A stretch of DNA of 64,000 nucleotides from Mantamonas sphyraenae STR306. Lineage: Eukaryota > Protista > CRuMs. The stretch's first letter is position 1; each line of letters opens with the position of its first letter. Shown piece after piece: positions 49,901 through 62,700 of this stretch. Below the pieces are notes generated by a model. That model searched no databases, was not told where the DNA came from, and saw only the letters and a list, made by a program, of their open reading frames with translations. Position numbers and translations under genes: made by a program. The stretch covers positions 62,001-126,000 of the forward strand of contig JAPMXV010000032.1 in the NCBI GenBank assembly GCA_026936335.1, given 5' to 3'.

Positions 49901-52389
49901 CCGTGGTTTCGTGGCCTACGCCGACTATGAAGAGAAGCGCGCATGCGTGACGGCCATTGCGGCTCAGTTCCGCGCCCACGTGGCTCGCTGCAAGTACGTC
50001 GCTTTGAAGGAGAGCAGCGTGCGCGTGCAGGCTGCTGTGCGTCGCAACCAAGCCCAGGGTCGCTTCCAGACGATGCGTGCCGCTGCCATTGTGGTTCAAA
50101 CCACAGTGCGTGGTTTCCAGGCACGATGTGCCTTTGTGACCCAGAAGCAGGCTGCCATCCGCATCCAGGCCGCGGTCCGTGGTTTCCAGGCACGCAAGGC
50201 ATTTGTAGAGCAGAAGAAGGCTGCCACAGCTGTGCAGGCTTGCTTCCGTGCATTTGCCGCACAGCGCAAGTACCAGAGCCTGCGTGGTGCAGCTCTGATC
50301 TGCCAGAAGAACGCGCGCTGCATGGCTGCTCGTTCGCTGTTTGTGCAGCAAAAGACGGCTGTGACGACCATTGCCGCTGCTGTGCGTTGCGCTATGGCCC
50401 AGAGCTCGTACCAGGCGCTGCGTAGCGCCACCGTGGCGATGCAGGCCATCGCCCGTGGCAACGCTGCTCGCAACCATGTGCGTGCCATCCGTGCCGCCGT
50501 CGCCATCCAGAGCCAATGGCGTCGTGTTGTCGCCCAGCGTGCCTATGTCCAGACCCGTTGCGCCGCTATCTCTGTGCAGCGTGTTGTGCGTGGGTTCCAG
50601 ATCCGCGCAAAGATCGCTCGCATGCACGTTGCAGCATCTGAGATCCAGCGCCTGGTCCGTGGCTACCAGGTCCGTGTGCAGGTCGCCCGCATGCATGCTG
50701 CCGCCACCGAGATCCAACGCGTGGTCCGTGGCTTCCAGACCCGCTGCCAGATCGCCCACATGCACGCTGCAGCCACCGAGATGCAGCGTGTGGCTCGTGG
50801 CTTCCTGGTTCGCTCTCGTGTCGCCCACATGCACACCGCAGCTACTCAGATCCAGAAAGTGGTGCGCTGCTTCCAAGCCCAGCAATCCTATGTGGCTCAA
50901 CAGAGCGCCGTGACCACCCTGTCTGCACTCTTCCGCGGCCACGTGCAGCGCCGCGTGTTTGTTGCCCAGCGCAGAGAGCGCCGTTGCCATCCAGGCTGTG
51001 TTCCGTGGCTTTGCTGCTGCCAAGCAGTACAGCCAGCTCAAGGCCGCAGCTGTGGTGTGCCAGAAGATCGCCCGTGGCAACGCCGACCGTGCTTTCGTCA
51101 AGCAGGTGCGTGCTGCCACCAAGGTGCAGGCCACCGTGCGTGCCTACCAAGGACGCCAGGCCTTCCTGGCCCAGAAGCAGGCTGCCATCACCGTGCAGGC
51201 TGTCTTCCGTGGCAAGCAGGCACGTGCTCAAGTCCGTCGCATCCGAGCGGCGATTGTGCTGCAGAGCCAGTTCCGTGGCACGGTGGCCCGCCGTGCCTTT
51301 GTGGCCCAGAAGCAGGCTGCCGTTGTGCTTCAGGCAACCGTGCGTGGCCACATTGCACGCGAGCACGTCAAGCGCGAGCGTGCCGCTCGCCAGGCTCGCT
51401 TCCTGCGCACAGCGCAGATCTTTTTGGCCTCTGTGCGCATCCAGCGTGCGTACCGCAACCACGTGGCCCGCATCGAGGCCATGAAGCGCCTGGAGTCGCT
51501 TGTGCGTATCCAAGTGTGGCTGCGTGGCACCCTCAAGCGCCGTGCCTTCCTGGCCAAGAAGCAAGCCGCCGTGTGCCTGCAGGGCGCAGTGCGCGGATGG
51601 CTCGTCGGCCGCCAAGAGGCCAGTGTGGTGGTTCAGAAGACAGTACGCGGCTGGATGGCTCGTCGCGAAGCTGCGGCACGCCGTGGTGCGCTGGCCATGA
51701 TCCAACGCTTCTTCCGAGGCCACCTGGTGCGTCGCGCTCAAGACAACAAGATGCGCAAGATGCGCCGACGTGTGCGCCTGTGCATCGAACAGGCCGAGGA
51801 GCACATGAAGCTGGGCAACCGTACCCACGTGGCTCTGGAGATCCTGCACAGCAGCAAGAAATTGAGCCAGGTCATGGATGCGTGCGAGTCGCTCGAGGTC
51901 AGCACACGTCTGTCGCACGTCTGCTCCATGCGCATGGTCGAGAACCACGCTGTGCCGATTGTGTTTGGTCTGATCCGCAGCTGCAACCGAAGCAAGCCCC
52001 ACATGGAGATCCTCAAGTCGGCCATGAGCATTCTGCGCAACCTGGTTGAGTACGAAGGCACCGTGGGCGCCGTCATCGCCGAGCAAGATTGGCTTGAGAC
52101 CATTGTCGACCAGCTGCAGAACTTCCGCGAGCGCACTGACCTCTTTGACATCGCCTTGGGCCTGATTGAGCTGGTGTGCATGGACAACGACCGGGCGGCT
52201 GACGTCAAGGACGACGCAGAGAGCGTCAAGAGGATGCGCAGCGTGCACAGCATTGTAGGCCGCAAGATGAAGAGCAGCAGCAGCAGCAGCAGCAGCAGGC
52301 GCTCTGCTAACACTGGCGGCAAGGTCAACGCAAACCGCCACAACTGGGCTCGCCTTGGCCACCTGCTGCAGTACCTGGAGTCGCTTTGA
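43960..52389 (+). CDS. ASPM: Abnormal spindle protein ASPM (ASH, 2x CH, long IQ array, ARM); 1-nt frameshift at ~50973
   Basis: YDEQWAEKQ..FTRWLN, LSGEGDL, DLRDGVRL, IVEGHREKTL, SFSDGKALC, ~50 IQ motifs, LIRSCNRSKPH. Start is either ATG 43960 (with intron 44003-44238) or ATG 44187. Confidence 0.92.
48030..49815 (+). repeat. Near-identical 624-bp tandem repeat (about 2.9 copies) within the ASPM IQ array; partial extra copy at ~50955-51200
   Basis: Matching sequence recurs at 48030, 48654 and 49278; the ORF track shows near-identical peptides offset by 624 nt. Confidence 0.92.
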
Positions 52390-53190
52390 GCATTGACCGC
52401 TCAAACGCGTCTGCCACACGGCTGCACACTGCCACGGGGCCCTACACAAGCACGCAACACCGCAAGTGTGAACCAAGGTGTGCTGCTGTGCGTGTGTCAC
52501 GCTCGATTCTCAAGTGCCCATTCTCCGATCGCTGGAGCCGCACGAGCAACAAAAATATCAACAACAACAACAACAAAAGCGTTGTTCACCTCAATCTGAG
52601 GTGGACGACCAAGGGGGGGGTTGCTCGAACCACTCACGCGAGTCTGCGACCGAACGACAACGTGGTGCTGTGGCGCTGCTCCCTTTGCCAGGGTTGCATT
52701 GGCCTGCATCACGCCCACAATCCAGACAACACCACCCACACACTACCCATGCAAGTCATCGACACACATCTATTGCGCTCTCGAGGCACCGGCTGCAACA
52801 GCCCGAGCGCCACATGCCCGTTCCTCGGTTGGGGGACTGAAGGAACGACAACGGCCTCTGTGGCACGCGGCCCAAGCGGCCATGCAGACGAGCGCAACCA
52901 TCATCTACGTCAACTACACCCTTGCATAGGTGAGTGGACCGACGTGGTGACCTGGAGGAAGGTGCAGAGCCACGAACCCTGCAAAGGGTGGCTCGCACAG
53001 CAAACCGCAACGTCACGACACAGACAGAGAAGAGCAAGCAAGATCATGAACGTACACACACACAAGCACACACACACAAACGCACAAAGGGAACGCCCGC
53101 AGTGGCTTTGGGAGAAGGAGGAGAGAGACCTTGTCAACAAAACACTCCCACGGGCAGGGCCCAGCGGCAACAACAGCAACACCAGTTGAT

Positions 53191-53191
<1 letters not shown>

Positions 53192-53226
<35 letters not shown>
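53192..53226 (+). repeat. (AC)n microsatellite
   Basis: About 17 tandem AC units between the ASPM and lipase 3' ends. Confidence 0.9.
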
Positions 53227-53227
<1 letters not shown>

Positions 53228-53284
53228 GCTGGTCTGCTGCAAAATCCATTCATTTCTTGACGCTGGCAGCATCCACATGTGCGA

Positions 53285-56200
53285 TTACGGCAGGGAGCCG
53301 TACTTCTTTTCGATTGTCTTCTTGACAACGTCGCGGTAGGCCGTCTCCATGTCGTGGCACGACACACCGAGCATGACGTGGAGCTTGTGGCAGCACCACC
53401 ACTTGCAAGCCTTGGGGCAGCGGATCTTGACGAGGCGACCGACGTGCTCGTAACCGAAGCCCGAGGGCGTGCGGGTAACCAGATCGGTGTTGTAACGCAC
53501 CTTGCCCTTGATAAACTTGCCCACGGCCTTGATGCCCTTTGCCACCGGCTTGATGACCTTCTTGTGCACCGTCTTGGCCGTCTTCTTGACGAGCTTGACG
53601 GCCTTTGTGGCCGTCTTCTTGACAAACTTGGTGGCCTTGGAGACACCCTTCTTGATGCTCCTGCCAATCTTGCGGAGCTTGCGAGCGCGCACCCACATGT
53701 CGCGCACCTCTTCGCGGTAGTTGTCCTCGTCGGCAATGCAGTGTCCACCCTTGTACTCCGACACGTAGCGACGGGCACAGGGGAACGCCTTGTTGTAGGC
53801 GCTCACGTACTGAGCGTTGGCCACGCGCGGCGAACCAAAGGTGACGACGTTGACACGCGAGAAGCCGAAGCGCTTCTTGACATCCAGGGCGGACACTGTG
53901 GCCAGGCCACCACCCATGGAGTGACCGGTGACGATGAGCGAGTAGCCCAGGTCGGAGTACTCCTCGAGCGCCTTTCGCAGCTGCTCCTTGGTGTGGTCGT
54001 AGTTGCGCTTGTAGCCCTTGTGCAGGGTACCGCAGTTGCTCTGGTAGTCACACTTGGTGCGCGTGATGTGGAAGTTGGTCAGCCAATCCTTGATCGACGT
54101 CTTCTCCGTGCCACGGAACGCGAGGATCGCCAGCTTCTTGCTGTCGGACACGTAGACGGCGGAGTAGAAGCCATGCTTGCTCCAGGTCACCGACTTGACG
54201 TGGCGCCAATCCTTGTAGTTGGGCTCGTTGGGCGTCTTGTAGACGGAAAAGGCCAACGAGGCTGCGTCGGCGTCGTACTTGTCGGTGCACACGTCGGGGC
54301 CCGAAGCCTTTGCGCTGCGGGTCACCTGGGCCTTGATCATGGCCTTGGGCTGGTCCACGCTGGGGATGCGCTTTGTTGCGCCGCCCGTGGGCTTGGACTT
54401 GTCGATGGGCAGCTTCCAGTAACCGGCAGTCTTGGAACCGCTGTGGCTCAGCTCACCCGTGGAGTGCTGGTACTTGGACAGACCAAACGTCTTGGGTGCG
54501 TTGGAGCACTGCACCCAGCGACCGGCCAGGTTGGTGGCAATCGGGCGCAGGTAGGTGACGGGCTTCTTGCTTGAGCCGGGCATCACGAGAATGGCCGGAG
54601 CCATGCCGTTGGCGCCCACGCCGGTGGCCTGGATGATGGGCACGGCGCCGCGCGCGCGGTTGACGTGGTGCGACCAGCGCAGCTTCTGCTGAGGCGTACA
54701 CTTGCCGGCGGCAATGGCAGCGCGCACAGCAGTGCAGCGCAGACCACGCTTGGCCTTGTCCAGGCGAGCCTTGGCCCAGCTGGCGGCACCGATGGCCGAC
54801 AGCGAGGGCAGCAGCTCGTCGTCATCGGCCACGTTGCCCGAGGACTTCTTCTCGGCGTCGACGCGGTCGCAGGCAGCAGCCTCCTGGGCAGCACGCCACT
54901 TGTTGAACTTCTGGTAGTTGAAGGCGCCAGCAGCGGCGAGGGCAGAGCCAGTGAAGATGGCGTTGTTCTCGTCAGACTCGCCGTCCATGACCTCGTCGGC
55001 CTCTTGGACGTCCTGCGGGGTGCAGGTGGCGTCGATGTGCTTGTTCCACTTGGCACGGGCCTGCTTGGAGCAGGTGGTCTTGGCGATGGTGTTCTTGACC
55101 ACCTTGAGGGCACGCTTGCCGCCTGCAATCTTCTTGGTCAGGTTCTTGAACAGGGAGCCGCGGCGACGGCGGCGGAACCACATGTCCGTGTCCTTGACGG
55201 CCTGCGTGGCGTCGTCGCGGTCATCCGCGTCGTTGTCGTCCTGCTCGTCATCCGAGTCGTACTCGTCCTCAACCTGGCGGGCGCAGGAGCGGCTGAGCAG
55301 CACCGAGGAGCGGGCCTTGGAGACGTGCTTGGCCCACTTGCCCTTCTGGGCAACGGAGCAAGCAGCCTTCTTGGCCTTGTTCTTGGCCCAGCTGGCAAAC
55401 TTCTTGTAGCCGGCTGCGCCTGCGGCGGCCAGAGAGGCGCCGCTGAACTTGAACTCGTTGGAGTCCTGCAGCTCGTCGGCCTCCTGCACGTTTGCAGGCG
55501 TGCAGGTGGCTGCGATGTGCTTCTTCCACTTCTGCAGCTGGGCAGCAGTGCACTTGACCTTGGGCACGGCCGCCTTGATCTTGGCGGCGGCCTTCTTGAC
55601 CCTGCTGAACAGGCCACTGAGGCGGAAGAACGTGTTGCCGTTCTCGTCTTCATCGAGATCCTCGACGTTGTGGCCCATGCACTCCTTGGCAACGGCGTCA
55701 ACCTTGGCCTTGCCTGCAGCCACAAACTTCTTGAGACCCATGGCGCCGGCAGCGGCGAGCTTGGAGGCCTTGAACTTGTTGACAATCTTGGGCAGCCTGA
55801 TCCTGAGCTTGAAGCGGCGGAAGAACATCTCCGAGTCCTCGTCCTGGTCGGCCACGTTGGATTCGTCCAGATCGCTGTCCTCCTCTTCGTCCTCCTGGTC
55901 CTCGTCGTCACTCATGACGTCGTCTTCAAAGTCCTCGTCGCCGCGAGCCATGCGTGCAAGGCGCATGTTGCCGTAGGCGGCGCTGCTAAGGGCACCGACA
56001 ATGAGGGTGGGGTTGCCCTCCTCGTCGTCCATGGTGCCCTTTTCGGTGAAACCGTGCTCGTCGGCGCGCTCCTTGGCAGCGAGCTGAGCGTGTGCCTCGT
56101 AGTACTGCTGGGCCTCATCGTCCTCCACGAGGTCCTCGACGTCGTCTGCGTTGGCAGCCTTCTCGGCAGCCTCCAGGCGGTTGAGTTCCTCACGCGTCAG

Positions 56201-57303
56201 GGCAGTGTCCTCGACCATGGGCTCACTGTGGGGATTGTTGGCGGCGGGAGGTGGAGTTTAGCGTGAGCGGGCAAATTTCGGCGACAAGAGGCAACTCCTC
56301 GCGAGGTCGCGTAGCACACAGGGTGGCATGGAGGCAGGTGGCACACGCCGCAGGGACGCAAAGGAGGGCAGGGACGGACGCAGGCGCAACCGCGTATGTG
56401 ATGCGGTGCTCACAAAAGAGAAAAAGGGCGGTGTGGAGAAGAGGGTCTTGGGACCTGGCAAAAAAACATACGTTTCCCACTCCGGGTTGAGCATCACAGT
56501 CTTCTTCCACATGTCCAGGGTGTCCTTGTCGACGCCAAACTCCATGGCCTGTGCACGGGGATGGGTGGTGAGGGTGAGAATGGGCATTGGCACGCGGGAA
56601 CGGGCTGCCAATGTGCGCGAGAGGGGGCGGAAAAAAAAAGCGGGGAGGCAGTTGACGATGCAGGTGGGTGGTTGGCTCCAGGGCCAGGACATAGAGGCCA
56701 ACGAGAGGCGCAGAGGATAGAGTGGGACGGCAGATGCACATGCCGAGGCCAACGATGGCCAGGTGTAGAGGGAGAATGGAGGAGAGGGAGGAGCAGCAAA
56801 GGGGAATTTGTGGGGCGGTGGAAAAAAGCGCAAAGGGGCACGGGAGAGGTGGGACACACACACACAGGAGGTTGTGGGTGTGTCCGGCAGGTGTGGAGCG
56901 ATGGAGAATGGAAACACACCTGGTCGGTACCGTCGACGGTGACCTCTTCGGGCTTGTCCATCTCCTGGAAGTGGGCAAACTCCTCCGAGGCCTCCATGGC
57001 CTTCTTCTCCTCGTCGGTGGGCTCGGCGGCAGCGGCGGCGTTCTCGACTTGCTCGTCCTCGTCCTCGCTGTCGTCAAAGTCCTCGACCTCGTCGTTGGGA
57101 TCAGCTTCGTCGACGTCCATCTCCGCATCCGCGGACAGGTCGTCGCTGGCCAGATCGTTGTCCGAGGCCTCGGAAACGGAGGCCTCAGACTCGAGCTGCG
57201 AGCCAACGTCCAGGGCGTTCTCCATTTCGTCGGAGGACGCGCCTGCAGCGGCCACAGCAAGGGCCAGGCAGATCAGAAAGAGGTATGCTGTCTTCCCAAT
57301 CAT
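53285..57303 (-). CDS. Secreted class-3 lipase precursor with repeated acidic-spacer / cationic amphipathic modules
   Basis: Signal peptide MIGKTAYLFLICLALAVAAAG. Exons 57303-56920, 56548-56472, 56225-53285. Lipase_3 motifs ILAFRGT, DWLTN, LHKGY, VTGHSMGGGLA, TFGSPRV, DLVTRTP, YEHVG. Confidence 0.85.
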
Positions 57304-57368
57304 GTGTGGTTGATTTGCGTGTCGGTGATTTTGTTGGTGAAGTCGCGCAGGCGCAGGCACCGCGGAAG

Positions 57369-59009
<1,641 letters not shown>

Positions 59010-59162
59010 ATGACTGGAAGCCCAGACCTGCATCGATTGTGGCGAGTCGACCATTCGGTGTGAGAGAATGAACATGTGAGTGTCATCGTCCACGGCAGCA
59101 GGTGCTGTGCATGTCTTGGGAGGGAATGCCTGCACGGGCCCGCCCAAAACAAAACCCCAAGA

Positions 59163-60333
59163 ATGCACCAACCCCCCAAGCGCGTGGAATCAAAGAATGT
59201 GCTGATTGCAGTGGCTATCACAGCCATTGTGACACTCATGATCAGCCGTCTGACCTGCCCGAGCTGCCACTGCGAGCAGGACCTGACACCGAACCCGAAC
59301 GGTCTGAAAGACGCATCGAAGGATGGCCAGGTGACGGAAAAGACCGGGTTCGGCAAGGCTCTCAACGCGCTGGCACGCCAGGACGACGTGAACCTGTTCC
59401 TGGAGATCGGCACATGGTTTGGAGGTGGAAGCACTCTGCAGATTGCCAAGGGCCTCCGTGCCAGCGGCGAGAAGAAGATGCTGTACACAATGGAGATTTT
59501 CGAGGAGTGCTGGGACTATGCACGCAAGCGCCTGCGTGAGTACCCCGTGCGCTGCATCCTCGGTGGCACCGTCCCTCCCGAAGACTACATGAAACCTGAG
59601 GACATCCCGTCCGACGAGAAGGGCGAACACTATCGGTAAGTGAAACCAGTGAGCCGCAGAGTCGGATGGATGTGCATGTGTGAGCGCATGCGTGGCATGG
59701 AGCCGACGTGTGTGCACACGTTCACTCGTTTACGAGGCCCCTCCCGTGTGCATGTACGATCCGCGGGGGGGCTCATCGTCATGTGTTTGTGTGTGGCACG
59801 CGCTGCACGGGAAGAACACGTGCAGTGTATAGGAGCTGCATGGCCGCACTGGCAACACAAAAGGCAAAAGTGAAAGGACGGGGAAGCGGGAACAAAAGGC
59901 TGCGATTCGCGCGCGAGGCATCCTTTTGCCTTGGACGAGGACGCTTACGCTGAACACACGCCTCACTCGCCGCAGTCTGTACTATGAGCGCGACATCAAG
60001 CTGGCAAAGATGTACGAGCCGATGCTGGAGCCGCTGTGCAAGGCCCACAAGTTTGATGCCGTGCTGATTGACGGCAACGAGTACACCGGCTGGGCCGAGT
60101 TTAAGATTGTGCGCGACGTTTGCAAGCCCAAGTATGTGGCTCTGCACGACGTGGGCACCCTCAAGACGAAGAAGGTGTCTGCGTGGCTGGATAGCCACAA
60201 GAGCGAGTGGAAGCTGCTTGAGGATGGCGACGACGTCGCTGCCAAGTGGGCCATCTATGTCCGCGTCGACAAATCCAAGAGCAGCAAGTCCAAGACCGGC
60301 AAGAAGGCGGTCGCCGAGGATGACGATGAGTAA
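59163..60333 (+). CDS. Type II membrane-anchored class I SAM-dependent methyltransferase (Methyltransf_24-like)
   Basis: N-terminal TM anchor, FLEIGTWFGGGST, FDAVLIDGNEYTGWAEF, VALHD; intron 59636-59975. Confidence 0.75.
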
Positions 60334-60366
60334 TTTGAAAGGCAGCAGCACTGCAGTCAATGAATT

Positions 60367-61689
60367 TCAGTTGTGCATTCCATGGTTGTGGCATGCCATG
60401 CAGTCGAACAGGAAAGACACGAGGCGTCCCGGCTGACCTTGAGCCCGATGGAAGGCCACAATCTCCAGCAGATGGCCCAACCACGTGGCCCGTGTGCTAG
60501 GTCGGAACTTTTTGAAATAAGTTACAATGCGTGGCGCCAACTGTGTGTCTGTGGGCTGCTGGGGCACAGAAGCCGCCCCGCACGGTGGCGTGCCATCTCG
60601 AGGCAACTCACCGGATGCCACGAGAGGCTGGAAGCGAGTACGCAGAACATGCCAAACAAAGTCACATGGCTCATAAAGCTGTGCTGTCGTGGCCATGTGC
60701 TGTGCAGGCGTCATGGCCATGACCGAAGCGATGACCGTGTGCAGAACATGTTGGAGTTGAGGCACGGGAAGCGACACCAAGGCCTCCTGGTGCACAGCGA
60801 GAAGCTGGCCGAGGATGTCGGGCTCGGAGGAACGCGACCACACATTGACACTCATGGAGAGGGAAGATCCAGGGTTGGCGGTGACCTGATGCCACCATCC
60901 GGGAGGTAGGTAGAGCAGGTCGCCAGGTTGCAGCTCAGCCTCCCAGGCCAGGGACAGATGGGAGGTGTTTGAAGGAATGCGTCCAGCGAGTTGAGACTGT
61001 GCGTGGGATGGGTGCAGAAACGGAAACTCGCGCATCAGATCTGTTGCATGCGGCGGAAAGAGCAAGAAGTGCTTCGTGCCGCGGATCTGCGCATACAGGT
61101 TGTGGTAGCCGTCGTAGTGGAACGGCGCCACAACGCCACGGCACCCAAACCACACATTGATGGATGCAGATTGTGGAGACAGCATGAGGTCATCCAGAGG
61201 CAGCACATCAGGCAATAGTTTCGGCGTTGCATCAATATCGCCCGTGTAGTACACGTAGGGGCCACCACCAGGTGAGTTGCACGATTGCAGCAGGTCTTCC
61301 CATGTGCCTTCCACAATCTCGTACCGCTTTCGGTTCTAGATGCACGCGTTCCGCTGTGCAGCGGCTTGCTTTCGTCGTAGTACGGACCGAAAACGGGATC
61401 CACGCCCTTTGTACAAGCCATGCAGCTTGCCTGCATGTTTGCCCACATACTGTGCAGACCAAAGTTTCATTGCAGGCCACGTTTTGACGACAGAACCGCG
61501 CACAATACGCGGCTGGTCGGCGGCAAGGAGTGATTGAACAAAGGGCTCGTCCGCGTGGCGCAGCTGTTGCACAGGCACGGACTGTGGACGTGTGGAGCTG
61601 CCATGCACACTCACAGAGAGGTTTGTGCGCCACAACACAGCAGCAGCCATCGCAGCGGACACGACGAGGAACAACCCCAGACGCCGCAT
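60367..61689 (-). CDS. JmjC/cupin-8 2-oxoglutarate oxygenase with N-terminal signal/anchor (frame disrupted at ~61330-61415)
   Basis: INVWFG, FHYDGYHNLYAQIRGTKHFLLFPP, LQPGDLLYLPPGWWHQV, SVNVW; N-terminal PRIVRG..WPAMKLWS. Confidence 0.8.
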
Positions 61690-61720
61690 GAGCTGGAGCA
61701 AGGTTTTAGGTTGGGGCAGC

Positions 61721-62645
61721 ATGAGTTGGTTTGGTGACACATCATCGTCCTCATCCTCATCATCCTCGTCCGCGTCTCTGTCCACATCTGTGGGCTCTAC
61801 GGCTTCGGTGGATACGGAAGAGGCTGTATGTGCAGAGCAAAGTCTGGCGTGGACCGCAGCTCATCGCCGTGCTCACACCCTCACGCACACACACAGTATG
61901 AAGTGCCAGACGACGACTTTTATACATATCTCATGGGAAGCTGGAAACGCAACCTCGAGTGGCGCGAGTACGGCGGCAGCTTTGGGCATATTCGAACTAG
62001 CAACACAGTGGTGGCAGTATGTTTGGAGTCTTCCGTTCCTGCCTCTCACGCCTGGGTTTCTGACTTGCTGCGTGTTTGTATGTGTGTGTGTTTGTGCCCG
62101 CTGACCGCCTTCCTGCACACATGCTCTTTTGGATGCCCGCAGATTGAAGACTATCAGAAGCTGGACAGTGAACAGGGGGCAAAGTAAGTTCCGCAGGTTC
62201 GCGGGACCCGTGTACCGTACGCTGACTCTGTATGATGCCTGCTCTCGCCCTCTGGTTGTTTCCCTGTGTTTTCCTTCCGTGGGTGTGGGTATGGTTGTGT
62301 GTGGTGCGGTGCAGGTACCTCAAGTGGAGCTTTGGCAAGTCGTTTGAGAAGGGCGAGATGCACTTTGGGTACGTGATGAAGTGTGCGCAGGCCAAGCGCA
62401 GCAGCAAGAAGAGCTCAAGTGCGGAAACATACCTGGAATGGCAGTACTCGGGATCCACATGCCACGGCAAATACCTGCCTCGTTCCAACATAGCAGTGCT
62501 CAACTTCTTCTTGCCAAACTCGGCTGTTGTCGTCACCTACCGCGTCATCAACGCAGACCGCATGGCTGTGTGCATTGTCGAGAGTGACAGTGTCAGCGAG
62601 CCCACCATCCAGTACGGCAATATGTATCGTGTGGCGCGGGAGTAA
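61721..62645 (+). CDS. Conserved hypothetical beta-rich protein (possibly calycin-like)
   Basis: Four exons (61721-61825, 61897-62016, 62143-62183, 62315-62645) with phase-compatible introns; LMGSWKRNLEWRE..PTIQYGNMYRV. Confidence 0.7.
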
Positions 62646-62700
62646 CACACAACGGCGCGTCCTTGCCAACAAACAAACACCTTCCCTTGCCTCGGGCGAA

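Noticed and set aside
50960-50990. Programmed frameshift or pseudogene in ASPM
   Set aside because: Comparison with repeat copies (cagcgcgagagcgcc) shows a single extra A at ~50973, and both flanks are intact. Most simply a consensus error.
44196-51134. Long antisense ORFs (990 and 1287 aa) opposite ASPM, and similar ones opposite myosin, kinesin, UAP1 and the lipase
   Set aside because: Shadow ORFs expected from GC-rich codon bias and repeats; no recognisable motifs.
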